The notes under the pieces are model-generated. The model ran no database searches, was not told the origin of the DNA, and worked only from the letters and a program-made list of their open reading frames with translations. Below, piece after piece: positions 1 through 13,400 of a stretch of DNA of 64,000 nt. The stretch comes from Macrostomum lignano. Its lineage: Eukaryota. Within the stretch, counting starts at the first letter, position 1. Every line of letters starts with the position of its first letter. The position numbers were made by a program, and so were the translations under genes. The stretch lies in the NCBI GenBank assembly GCA_002269645.1, contig NIVC01000085.1:434001-498000 (forward strand), in the 5' to 3' direction.

Positions 1-1758
1 CCCTGACAGCTTTGTGCTGAACATCAGCAATTGGCTCCTCCTGATGCGGGCTTGCCAGCCACATGTTATAATTGCCAGAACCTGGAAATTGTTACATTTG
101 CAGAGTTGATTTTTTACGATTTCAAAAATATAACAACAATGCTCGATAAGCCTACTGTAAGTAGACAGACAGCACATAAATTACTTACGCGCCAAGCCTT
201 CAATATGCAGCCAAGCTTTTTGCTGAGTTGGCACCATCGGCAGACAGTCGGGCATCATTAGCGACTTCGGTGTAATTCGCACCGCCCTGTGCTGTCCTGA
301 GTAGTATAGATAGCAAATTCGTTTAAAACTGTGTCGGAATTACAATAAAACGGCTAAGTTAAAAAACATTCAGCGCAACCCACTGTAGATGGCTTCAGTA
401 ACGATTCGAATGCAGTTGCCAGTTGGCTCGTGGTGGAACACGAAGGCCAGGTGCACGCTCTCCAGCAATGATATATGGCGCGTGTACACGTCGTGAGCAG
501 TTTGGGTGAATTCTGCCGATATGTATCGAAAGTATACATTGTAGAGCAATAATTACTACAATATAGGAAAGAAAGTTGCTGCAATTTGAGGGACTCACGG
601 TGGAGAAACGGCACCTCGCCAGTTTGCAGGCGGTTGGCGATGGCCTGGCGCAGGGCCTCGTGATTTCGCTTGACGCAGAAAATTGCGATGTCGCTCAGCC
701 TGCGCGATAAACAATGGATGAGTTGATTATCTCTCCCCAGTTTTTAATACCCAGGGTGCTTCCCTTATGCCTTTCATTATAAGCCCTAACACATCGCTTT
801 CTTGCGATCCCGCATCCACTTTGTGTGATCCCACACTCCCGTCTGTGATCTCACATCCCCTTTCCTGTGATCTCACATCCCCTTTCCTGGGGTCCCATAT
901 CCCTTCCTGTGATCCCATATCCCATCAATGACCCCACATCCCTATCAGTGATTCCACATCCCTATCAGTGATCCCACATCCCTATCAGTGATCCCACATC
1001 CTTATCAGTGATCCCACATCCCTATCAGTGATTCCATATACTTTTCTTGTGATTTCATATCCCTATCTATATTTCCTATATGTTCCTATAGATCCTATAT
1101 TTCTTTCATGTGATTCAATATTTCTTTCCTGTGATCCCACATCCCTTTCCTGTGATCCCATACTCCCTATCAGTAATCCCACGTCCATTTCTTGTGATCC
1201 TATATCCCTATCCTGTGATCCCATATTCCTATTAGTGATCCCACATCCCTTTCCTGTGATCCCAAATCTCCTTCAGCGGTTCCACATTTCCGCCAATGAT
1301 CCCAAACCATTCGAGCCATCCTCCTGCCCTCAGTAACCCAGATTCCCCTATAATGATGGTTATCATACCTTAATCTTTTGAAAGTCCCAGAATCTATAGT
1401 CAAATGACCCCCCCCCCACTGCTCACTCGACCAGCAGCCCGACCCTGCCATCCTCAAATGTGAGGCTGGGCATTTCGTAGCGACCCCGGAAGATGCCGTT
1501 CTCGCAGCCGCTGCCCACCATGAAGTAGGGATGGATGAGACCGTCGGAGCTGACTGTGGACACGGTGACCGAGATGGAGCCTTGCAGGTAAGGAGCCGAA
1601 GCTGCATCGGTGGACAGACAGGCGGTCACGTACTTGGACCGATTGTATGGCTGTCGACTGTACAAGATGGAGCGAGCCTTCTCAGTGACAAACCGGAATC
1701 TGTACTCTTGCTGAGGCTGGTCCACGATGGAGGCGGAGAGTTGACATTGAGCAGTCAT
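1..1758 (-). CDS. Rel/NF-kB-like RHD-IPT gene F (3'-truncated by window edge)
   Basis: Exons 1427-1758 (DQPQQEYRFRFVTE...HPYFMVGSGCENG), 599-699 (LSDIAIFCVKRNHEALRQAIANRLQTGEVPF, cf. RelA [22 protein letters not shown]), 384-512 (ESVHLAFVF...IVTEAIY), 189-296 (QKAWLHIEGL) and <1-81. All junctions are GT-AG with phases 2,1,1,1 matching the paralogs. Confidence 0.85.
800..1265. repeat. Degenerate ~20-bp minisatellite (GTGATCCCACATCCCTATCA) in intron 1 of gene F
   Basis: Tandem units read directly; related to the array at 27.6-28.4 kb. Confidence 0.85.
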
Positions 1759-1933
1759 GCTCTGGTTGTCAGGGGGCAGCGTCTGCAGGTTGCCATGACG
1801 ACTAGATAATTATTGATATGTTGACATCTCAATTGAGTCATTTGAAGAACTTAAAATAAAATTCTATTTTTCTGATTCTATGATAACTAGATAGGCCAAC
1901 TTAGGCATATTTTCTATTGTAGGTTAAACTTCT

Positions 1934-3216
1934 ATGTCAGTCATAAAAGAAGCGTCATGTCAGTCATAAAAGAATCGTCATGTCAGTCATAAAAGCAGCA
2001 TCATGTCAGTCATAAAAGCGTCATGTCAGACATAAAAGAAGCGTCATGTCAGTCAATAAAGAAGCGTCATGTCAGTCATAAAAGAAGCGTCATGTCAGTC
2101 ATAAAAGAAGCGTCATGTCAGTCATAAAAGAAGCGTCATGTCAGTCATAAAAGAAGCGTCATGTCAGTCAATAAAGAAGCGTCATGTCAGTCATAAAAGA
2201 AGCGTCATGTCAGTCAATAAAGAAGCGTCATGTCAGTCATAAAAGAAGCGTCATGTCAGACATAAAAGAAGCGTCATGTCAGTCATAAAAGAAGCGTCAT
2301 GTCAGTCAATAAAGAAGCGTCATGTCAGACATAAAAGAAGCGTCATGTCAGTCAATAAAGAAGCGTCATGTCAGACATAAAAGAAGCGTCATGTCAGACA
2401 TAAAAGAAGCGTCATGTCAGTCATAAAAGAAGCGTCATGTCAGTCATAAAAGAAGCGTCATGTCAGTCAATAAAGAAGCGTCATGTCAGTCATAAAAGAA
2501 GCGTCATGTCAGTCAATAAAGAAGCGTCATGTCAGACATAAAAGAAGCGTCATGTCAGACATAAAAGAAGCGTCATGTCAGTCATAAAAGAAGCGTCATG
2601 TCAGTCATAAAAGAAGCGTCATGTCAGTCATAAAAGAAGCGTCATGTCAGTCAATAAAGAAGCGTCATGTCAGACATAAAAGAAGCGTCATGTCAGACAT
2701 AAAAGAAGCGTCATGTCAGTCAATAAAGAAGCGTCATGTCAGTCATAAAAGAAGCGTCATGTCAGTCAATAAAGAAGCGTCATGTCAGTCAATAAAGAAG
2801 CGTCATGTCAGACATAAAAGAAGCGTCATGTCAGTCAATAAAGAAGCGTCATGTCAGACATAAAAGAAGCGTCATGTCAGACATAAAAGAAGCGTCATGT
2901 CAGTCATAAAAGAAGCGTCATGTCAGACATAAAAGAAGCGTCATGTCAGTCATAAAAGAAGCGTCTTGTCAGACATATAAGAAGCGTCATGTCAGTCATA
3001 AAAGAAGCGTCATGTCAGACATAAAAGAAGCGTCATGTCAGTCATAAAAGAAGCGTCATGTCAGACATAAAAGAAGCGTCATGTCAGACATAAAAGAAGC
3101 GTCATGTCAGTCATAAAAGAAGCGTCATGTCAGTCATAAAAGAAGCGTCATGTCAGACATAAAAGAAGCGTCATGTCAGACATAAAAGAAGCGTCATGTC
3201 AGACATAAAAGAAGCG
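1934..3216. repeat. 23-bp minisatellite (GCGTCATGTCAGTCATAAAAGAA) between genes E and F
   Basis: About 55 near-identical tandem units. Confidence 0.97.
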
Positions 3217-3824
3217 CCATCTTGAACGTAAGAATCGCAAGATGTCAAGGTTCATGGAAATTCCTGAGATGTCAAGTCTGAGTGGTTTTTGCTTACTAAC
3301 AGGGGGCGGGCGCCTTCTTCTTTTCTAAAGTGTTGTGACAAATTCTTAACAAACCAAAATTAAACAAGGCGAAAAGCAAACTATACCTTGAATAGTTCAA
3401 AGAAAAGTACTGGCGCTTGGTGTAATTGGTTCGCTGGAGCGTGTTAAAAAATTAACTTTAAAGGCACATACACTGTTGCTACTTAAAGTAGCACAGCATG
3501 GTGAAAATAAGGCGTACGGTTGCTTTAAAGTACATTGTACACAGGAAATTATCAACAAGGATTTGATAATCCTGAAAAATTTGGTCACGTCACAATGTTT
3601 AGTCAAAAATGAGATGATCAAAACGTACAAAATAGTTCAAGTAAATCCCTAGAATATCCTAATAGAATCAATCAAAACAACACGCGTTGTGTACAAGAAG
3701 CCAAACGATCAGTAGGGTAAATAATTCTGCTTTGATATAATAGCAATAATATTGATTTTTCTTAGAAGATAAAATTCCTAACTTTTATGTTGAATTTGAG
3801 CACAAAAACTGCGATTACTGGCAG

Positions 3825-4280
3825 TTAAGGATTACTCAAAAAGGCCATAAAGTCCTCTTCTAGCCCGATGCTGCGCAGAGCATCCACCACAGCCGGGTCA
3901 CCGGCAGAGTTGAGATTTTGATCGGCTGCCGCTGGTCTCTTGCGCTTGGACTGCGGCCCTACAAAGGGACAATTTTATGCCGGTTTTACAAGCATATTTC
4001 AAGGTCAAATTAAACAAATTTCCCCAAAACTCACCAGCATCCTGAGATAGAAACCTGCATCCGCAGTGGCCGCAGCTGTCGGTCAGCACAATGTCCAGGC
4101 AGCTGTCCACCTCGCTGCGGAGGTCCTTCACAACTAGCTGGCCACGGAGGCGCTCGCAGCTGAAATTGCTGCCGATTAGAGTCTGCCGCAGGTCTGGCGT
4201 CACGATGGAGAGCAGATGCTGCGGGGCGGCGCATTGTGGGGGCTGGGTGAGTGGACAGACAGACAGACAGACAGACACAA

Positions 4281-4317
<37 letters not shown>

Positions 4318-4386
4318 TACAGACACAAAGACAGACATACAGACATACAGACAGACATACAGACAGACAGACAGACAGACATACAT

Positions 4387-4443
<57 letters not shown>

Positions 4444-7400
4444 GCAAAGTACCTTTTGCAATTTTTCAATCCGAGCCGGCTGACTGAGATCGGTGTCCGG
4501 GATGCACAGGCTCACCTGATACTGGCTCTTGTCCTCGTCTGCAATTTGTAGCGAGGCAAAAATACCTGTATCTACTAAATATATCCATGTAAAACATATT
4601 GAGTGATGAAATAGCGCTCTCACGAGGCAGCGGATCCTTGAAATAGATCCAGACATCTTGACCACCGCACAAGCTGCCTTCCGGAGGCAGCACCGAGTCA
4701 ATGTTGAGCTTCACCAGCTGCTCTGCGGTTTGATGAAGACAATTGAAAATAATCAAGTAATTAAGAGAATCTATAAGCTATAGCAGTTTAGACTAGAAGA
4801 ACTCACTGATATCGGAAACAACATCTGTGACTGCATTAGCAAATTGATGGGGACTGGCCTGCAGAGCGCCATCCTTGTCAACGAAGTGCAGCTGAAAGGC
4901 CAGTCTCAACTGGTTCAGGTTTCTAGACGTGTACTTCACGTCTTGCAAGTTCTCTGCAACAGGTTAGCGATTTGGTAACATAAATCTGCATGGGTTATGA
5001 CGTACATCAGCCCTAACAGGTCATGACCTTAGCCCCGAGTTTAGTGGCCCTAAAACTTTATTTATGGTTTATGGCATGTACACTTCACTGTGCCTTGGGT
5101 TGGCCCTCAAGCTGGGAGTTAATTGCACGAGCAGAGCCAAGCCGAGATTCCAATTCAGTCCCCAGATCAATGCGACTGCACTTTGGAATCGAGCCTGGGC
5201 CGCTGGTACATCAGACCACTGGGCAACCCCACATGCCCTTCGGTGACACCCGGTCGCTTTTGTTGCACGTTTCAGGAGCTAAATGAACTCAATGCAACTC
5301 ACTTCCATATGGATTGAAGCCGAGTTCGTTGCGTTTCCTAATTGCGGCAGCCAATTTTGCGCCAAGTTTGCCAACGCAAATTAGCGAAACCTTTTCTAAA
5401 CTGAAATTTATAATGAAAATTATCAAGTGTTATATATTTCGATACATATCGGTTGAGGTTTAAAATCTTTAATTGATAAATTTTCGATACATATCGGTAA
5501 GGTTAAAAAATTAATTGATTAACCTTTGATACATATCGGTTGAGGTTAAAAATCAAATTAATAAACTTTCGATACATATCGGTTGAGGTTTAAAATCTAA
5601 TTAATAAACTTTCGATACATATCGGTTGAGGTTTAAAATCTAATTAATAAACTTTTGATACATATCGGTTAAAGTTTAAAATCTAATTAATAAACTTTCG
5701 ATACATATCGGTTGAAGTTTAAAATCTAATTAAGATTGATTAACTTTCGATACATATCGGTTGAGGTTAAAAATCAAATTAATAAACTTTCGATACATAT
5801 CGGTTGAGGTTTAAAATCTAATTAATAAACTTTCGATACATATCGGTTGAGGTTAAAAATCAAATTAATAAACTTTCGATACATATCGGTTGAGGTTTAA
5901 AATCTAATTAATAATCTTTCGATACATATCGGTTGAGGTTTAAAATCTAATTAAGATTAATTAACTTTCGATACATATTGGTTGAGGATTAAAATCAAAT
6001 TAAGAAACTTTCGATACATATCGGTTGAGGTTTAAAATCTAATTAATAAACTTTCGATACATATCGGTTGAGGCCCGGTTGAAAAACTTAGCGGGCCTCA
6101 GTGGGCTTTTGAGCGGGCCATTAGCGGGCCGAAGCGAATCGGCCCGTATTACAGGCCTTTTACAACAAATTGGCCCGCTGAAACCCGGCCTGCTCTGAAG
6201 CCCGCTGATTAGCCCGCTAATGGCCCGCTCGAAACCGATCCGCAGATCGGCCCGCTGATTAGCCCGCTGGTTGGCCCGCTCACTGGCCCGTTCTAAACCG
6301 GCCCGCTGCGCGGCCCACTGCGCGGCCCACTGGTTGGCCCGCTGGTTGGCCCGTTCTAAACCGGCCCGCTGGTTGGCCCGTTGGTTGGCCCGCTCAATGG
6401 CCCGTTCTAAACCGGCCCGCTGGTTGGCCCGTTGGTTGGCCCGCTCAATGGCCCGTTCTAAACCGGCCAGCTGCTCGGCCCACTAGTTGGCCCGCTCACT
6501 GGCCCGCTGGTTGGCCCGTTCTAAACCGGCCCGCTGGTTGGCCCGCTCAATGGTCCGTTCTAAACCGGCCAGCTGCTCGGCCCACTAGTTGGCCCGCTCA
6601 CTGGCCCGTTCTAAACCGGCCCGCTGGTTGGCCCGCTGGTTGGCCCGCTCAATGGTCCGTTCTAAACCGGCCAGCTGCTCGGCCCACTAGTTGGCCCGCT
6701 CACTGGCCCGTTGTAAACCGGCCCGCTGGTTGGCCCGCTGGTTGGCCCGCTGGTTGGCCCGCTCAATGGTCCGTTCTAAACCGGCCCGCTGCACGGCCCG
6801 CTGGTTGGCCCGCTGATTGGCCCGTTCTTAACCGGCCCGCTGGTTGGCCCGTTGGTTGGCCCGCTCATTGGCTCACTCATTGACCCGTTGTAAACCGGCC
6901 CGCTGGTTGGCCCTCTGGTTGGCCCGCTGGTTGGCCCGTTCTAAACCGGCCCGCTGGTTGGCCCGCTGGTTGGCCCGCTCAATGGTCCGTTCTAAACCGG
7001 CCCGCTGGTTGGCCCTCTGGTTGGCCCGCTGGTTGGCCCGTTCTAAACCGGCCCGCTGGTTGGCCCGCTGGTTGGCCCGCTCAATGGTCCGTTCTAAACC
7101 GGCCCGCTGCACGGCCCGCTGGTTGGCCCGCTCACTGGCCCGTTCTAAACCGGCCCGCTGACTTGTTGTGAACGTAATAATCTTATCAAATGGTGTATAA
7201 ACTTGTACGTGTAAACTTTTGCGGTGTCTTGGCGCTCGGGCAATTATTTGATTTGTAGAGCACTAATGCTGTCCAATAAACTGTGCATACACAAATTTCA
7301 TGATGACATGTACAATGAGTGTGTCAATTTTATTTATTTTTATCGCCTTATACGCCCACAGCAATTTGTATATCGCGCTAAGTTGTGACGTATGTACTTC

Positions 7401-10400
7401 AGATATCACCCAGTTTAGTGTGAAACCATTGCTTCGCCCTTTGTTGGCTCTTGGGCTAAGATAGCAAACTGATTCAAACTGATAGTAGAATGATGGTATT
7501 TGTTAATTAACAATTTTAGTACGGATTCTCTCCTAGTCACACAGGTATTCAATTTCTTCATTTTCAGTCACTTGAACGACTAAAAGAGCTCGACAAGAAG
7601 TCAGTTGCCATCGCACGGCGCTTCAGTCGACTCAAAGAATCACTCAGACAGACAGTTGCGGCGACAGCCCGTCCGACACGAGCAGAAGCTTCAGTGAGCC
7701 ATTTACTAACTGCAACTCGGACCACTCATGACGTACCAACCACTCATGACGCGCAAACAAGCAACAGTGTAGCCAGTGTTGGCAGCAGCTGGCAGCCAGC
7801 ATTGGCAACAGGTGGATGTAGCAGTGGCGTCCAGACTCCCATGGTCGTCGAGCCTACCGGCTCGCAGTATTCAGACAACGACGATGAGGACGTATCTTCT
7901 AGATCTATCGTTGAGGAACCAGGCGAAGAAGCTCCAGATGACGACTATTGGAGTGGCGCTCCAATGGCGTTTGACGCCATCGAGCAGTGCGACGATTGTG
8001 AGGACTTCACTGAAGATGACCGCCCACCAGAGGATGAGGATGTACCGTGTGTTGGCAATGGAGCCACCCATAACCCAGAAGCTATGGATATGCAGCCGCG
8101 TATGAGAAATGGAGCCGCACTTTTCCTAGACTCTCCGTTGACCTACGATTCGTTTGCGGCCTATGTGCATTTGTTCAGCGAGCGCCAGTCTCTGCCAAGG
8201 AAAGGCATAGCTGACCTGCTTCGCCTCTTCCATGCAGCTGTGCCAGTCGGTAGCAACCTGCCTGGTAGTGTATATTTACTACGGAAAACAGTCCAGGCAT
8301 TCGCGAACGACTTTACATCGTCACCCCGACTGTTCTGTTCCTCCTGTAGTGCTGAGGTCACGTCAGCACAGGCTCAGAACCGTGAAAATTGCACTTATTG
8401 TAACAAGGAACTGTCGCCGGCCGGCGTATCCAAGTTTTATACCACCGACTTTAAATTGCAAATCAGACAGTTAATTGAACAGTGCCGGCTTCTACAGAGC
8501 GTAACTTTCCCTGTCGATTTGTCATCTGAAGATCGTAATTTTGTCTCAGTATCCAGTTGCGACGAGTATCGGCATTTCAAGCGTTCAGTTCGGCTACACT
8601 TGAAGCAAGATCTGTCGTATACTGTGAACATCGACGGCTTTCCAGTATTTGCAGACGCGCTGATGGAAATGTGCCCAGTGTACTTGAGTATCAACGAAGT
8701 ACACGAAGCAATGAAATCGCGTTTCATCGTCGTATGTGGTTTCTGGGCTGCAAAGTCGAAAGTCAAGACATCCACCTTCCTTCCCGGCCTTGTTAGAGAG
8801 CTGAATGAGCTCCGGTCTATCGGGATCACCTACAGCACAGGTGGTGGCACTGAAGGCGACGCGCCTGGTCTTCTTCGACTGCACCCGTACCTATTCGTCT
8901 TGGATGCCCCACAGAGAGCTGAGGTTGTCGGTCTAAAGCGTCACAATGCAGAGTTCGGCTGCGACAACTGCTATGTGAAGACGCAGAGATCATTGGGTGC
9001 CAATCGGTACCCAGTCAGTGGCAAAGAAGAGGCGGTTGCGCTGGCAACCGCAGTCGGTTGTATTACACCGCACGCTCGTAGCTTGCGAGACACGCGCCTA
9101 CTGGCGCACAACATCCCGGTCGGCAAGGACAACTATCTGGGCGTTATGTGCGTGTCAGTGTTGGACCAGTTAAACGGTTTCGACTACATGCATGGGTGTC
9201 CACCGTGTCTGCTTCATCAGTGCTATCTTGGACTCGTTCACTGGATTTTGAAACAGCTGTTTCATCCTAAGAAACCAGACATGTACCACGCGCATAACCC
9301 CAATCTAGTTTCGCGACGTGCAGATGTGGACCTTGCCTCTTCGCGGATTCACGTACCCCTGTCTCATCAACGTGCTCCCCGAAGTTTCCATGAACTCGGC
9401 ATGTTTCGGGGCCACGAACTTGAGGCATGGTTAATCGTCTACGGCCCTATGGTGATGGAAGGCATCCTGCCCGACCGCTACTACTGGCACCTTCAGCTAC
9501 TGTCCACGGCCATGTTCTGGCTTACATTGGATGGAGCGCCTCTAATGGAAGTGATAAAAGCCAGCCGGCTTCTGCACTACTTTTACAGTCAGCTGCCTCA
9601 GATGTACTCCAACATGGCCCTTACGTACAATGCACACCAAGTTTGTGAGCACTTTGTATCGTACGTAACTTTATACGGGCCAATGTGGAGGATGTCTGCG
9701 GGCTTGTTTGAGTCGTCGCATGCGAATCTTCGCACCAAAATTCACGGCTCCAGGAATGTTGACACCGAAGTTGCCGGCCTCCTACAGCGCCAATTGGCGC
9801 GAAGGCAAATGATGGCCGAATTGCAACTCCCCAACATCTTCAGCGAGGGACCACTAAATGGTGAGGTTCGACTGCCGGATGGTGTGCGACTGCGCAATCC
9901 TATTCGCCGCCAATTGGCGGGCGGTGACACACGGTATGGCAAAGCAGTACTGACCAGCGGGCTACGCATTGAAATATTCTTGCCTCGCCTGATCCACCAG
10001 CGCGCCGCCTCGTGCTTTGTTACTGTCCTCATCCCTAACTGTCGTCAGCCGTTTGAATTCGCAAGAATTGAGGAAATTCAACTCCGGGACAATTGCGCAT
10101 GGGTTCGCCTACGCCGCCTTCTGACTGTGGAGCCGCACGAGGACAATCATCCGTTGTACCGCTTGACTGGCGAACCGGACCACGGCGGATGCTCAGTCGC
10201 ACACGTTCGGCGCCTGCGTGCCAATCCATTTTGCGCAGTTGACAAATACTACTTCGAAATCCCTGCTAACGACGTACTCGCTACGTGTTGTGTGAACGAC
10301 CGCTACGTAGCATTCCTCCCCCATATTCAGTTTTCTTACGCAGCGTGAGAATTGTATGTACTCATTGTACGTAGGGTGTCCCAATAAGAAGGAAAAATCG

Positions 10401-13400
10401 TTGCACAGGCTTTCTGGTAAAACAATATAATTTCTTAGAACTCACATCACTATAGTAAGTAAACATTCGAAAGTTCTAAAGCTTTTTAAATTGAGTAGAA
10501 ATGTCACCTGTTCATTCAAAACTTATGACTACAGTTTACAACAAGGGGTGAGGGCTAGAGGACACCCTCGCTCAAACGGGACGGGATATGCCATAATTGC
10601 TCTTTTCCAGCATGCCTTCTTCAACTGTGTTTTGCTTTTATTGCTTTTTTATATAATATATATATTGCTTATACTGCTTACTACTGCACATTGCTATGTG
10701 GTATCATAGGAAATTATATTTATATTTAGTAACAAACGTCGGTCACATGACGTCTATATCCATATGTTGCCTTACTTTACGCCTTTATTTCTACCTGACA
10801 ATATAGTAGGTTACAACCGGTACGCAGCTGTCCTTTTGTTCCAATAATCGTGCACCTACTTCGCATTAATTTCAGTCGACCCACTGACAAAGAAGTACCG
10901 GCAAAAGAAACAAATAAACAAATTAAGATTAAGACATCAAAATGCCGGACCAGCAACCATGCCCCAAATGCAATTCGCGGGAATACTTCGCGTTCGCCGA
11001 CTATTGTTTTTTTTATCGCTCCTCTCACTGCGACGACTGTGAGGATGACATCCACGCAGCCCATGCCGAGCAGCAACGGCTAGTTAAATCGCGCGCCTGC
11101 AGCAACTGGGACGACGACTGTAGTGACGACGCCGGAGCTACAGTTGAGCCAGTCGGCTCGACCTGTGTCCCAGCTGCGTCTGCTGCCACAGGAGTAGTCA
11201 AACAGCTTCGCGACATGTCGTTGTACAACGAGCCTCTGAGCGATTCCGCTCAGCAGGCCGAAGGCACCCTCGGCGCGACGGGTCGTGTCGAGCCAACCGG
11301 CTCGACCTGTGCCCCAGCTGCGTCTGCTGCCACAGGAGTAGTCAAACAGCTTCGCGACATGTCGTTGTACAACGAGCCTCTGAGCGATTCCGCTCAGCAG
11401 GCCGAAGGCACCCTCGGCGCGACGGGAAATTACTCTGGCATTTGCGGTCGGTGCAGTGAGCTGTACGCGAATGGAAAAAACTGGCCATACTGCTGGCATA
11501 CAGATATGCAGACGTTCATGACTGCTGCTTCTTACAAACTACGGCAGTATGAGTCTGAACACAGCATACTATTTTCGGACAGCATGCGCAATGCCATCTT
11601 GACACTAGTTTGTGTCTTTATCTTTCTGTGGTCCCGGGGATGCGAAACAACGTGCTGGACTAATGCAGTCCGCACGTTGTATTCGCACCTCAGAGACAGC
11701 GGAATCGTAGACGCGCCGGCTGGCGCGAAGACCGAGTTGTCGCTCGACGCCCAGGCCATCTTCGACCGAGCCGTGAGCACCGTTAATGAGCACGCCGGAT
11801 CCGCCGGTGTCACGCCACCGGTGCAAAATCGGGTCAAGGTGCTGAAAAAGTCAAGGCGACGCGGTCGAGCTGCCCAGGAGTACCGGCTGGTGTACTTAGG
11901 ACATAAATCGAATGTCCTATACATGACTCTGGCCGTCGCCATTGTAGGGACGTGGGCGGCCTATGTGCGGTTTAAGTAATTAATGTAGGCCACGTTAGTA
12001 ATTCCGGAACGTGTAGTTAGCCGCAGCTTCAATCACTAGTCGTTTCTGCCCACCACAATTAAGAGAGTATAACAGAATATAGAGTTTATTGAATCTGATT
12101 AGATTCCGCTTAAACCGTACAAAGACCGCCACGTTTTAGAAAGAGCACGGCAATTTGGAGAAATTGGACAAATTGGCCCTTTGAAATCGAGCCAGTCGGC
12201 TCGATTTCAAAGGGGACGGGATATGCCATAATTGCTCTTTTCCAGCATGCCTTCAACTGTGTTTTGCTCATATTGCTTATATTGCTCATATTGCTAATAC
12301 TGCTTATATTGCTTACATTGCCTTTGTATTGATTATATTGCTTTCGCACTGCTTATTTAGTTTATATTGCTTACTTTGCTCATATATACATATATATATA
12401 CGATTTGTGGCGTATACAGGCCAATCAGGTCAATCATCGTTCGTTCACTAATCAAGTTTGTCAAGCGTCTCTACTTACTAGTAACGTAATAGTAATAAAT
12501 AGTTAACAATTTCCCACTGCACAGCCCAGCAGCATGGTATTGATTCTCCAAGCTCAGATGTGTGTCGGACAAACTTGCGTGTGCATAACAGACGACATAT
12601 ACTTGCTTTTCAGACATGTCGAACGACCTGAGCCCTAGAGGAGTTAACTTCTCCGCCATCATGGCAAGAGGCGCATGCGTCCACTGACGGGTGCTAGCGC
12701 CGGGCCGTCTAACACACGGGATAAGAAGCTGTAGGCAGCATAGGCTGTACGTCACTGTTAAATAATTGACAATATTGTACTGTAACTACTCTATTAGATC
12801 TAGATCTATTTATATAAATACTTCTAGTCGAGCCAGCCGGCTCAATGTCATGAGTAGTGTAGCGAGTACTACTATAGTAGCGCTTCTCCCAGCAGTAGCT
12901 TGCCAGCTTCCATGCCATCAACGTCTCATAGCTAAAGTATACTTGCGTCGACTTGTCAGCGTCGATTGCACATAGAAGATGCACAGGCGTTGCATTTTTC
13001 GTTATGGAATTCAATATCCTTCCTTACTTTCATTAGCATGACACTGACGCATGCTTGCGTCATATGACGCATGTCATATGAAACCGCATTTAGAAAGAAA
13101 CCTTTCCCGCTCCATTGCAGAATAATGGGAGACGGAAAGAAGACAGATAGAATGAATAAGAAGAAGAGGGATCACGAGAATCGGGCCGAAAAAGAGAAGC
13201 GGAAAGATAAAGATGCCAATACTGGCCTAACAACTGCAGCTGCTGACGTCCAGGAAAATCCTGCTGAGCTGAATGGCGACGGCAGAGATGAGCCCACGAC
13301 GCTCCCTAAAGCCCACGACGCCACTTCAACGGCGCTAATCGGCTCCGATATGAGCACGGCCGTGTCCGCGGAGCCGACCGGCTCTACTACAAAACGGAAA

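Noticed and set aside
517-533. Single inverted copy of the 43-bp satellite core (CTTTCGATACATATCGG) next to exon 3 of gene F
   Set aside because: An isolated 17-mer with no flanking similarity; a remnant or chance match, and I cannot support a function.
5030-5230. Possible degenerate minus-strand SINE in intron 2 of gene E
   Set aside because: Only loose A/B-box-like strings and no clear match to the other two SINE bodies.
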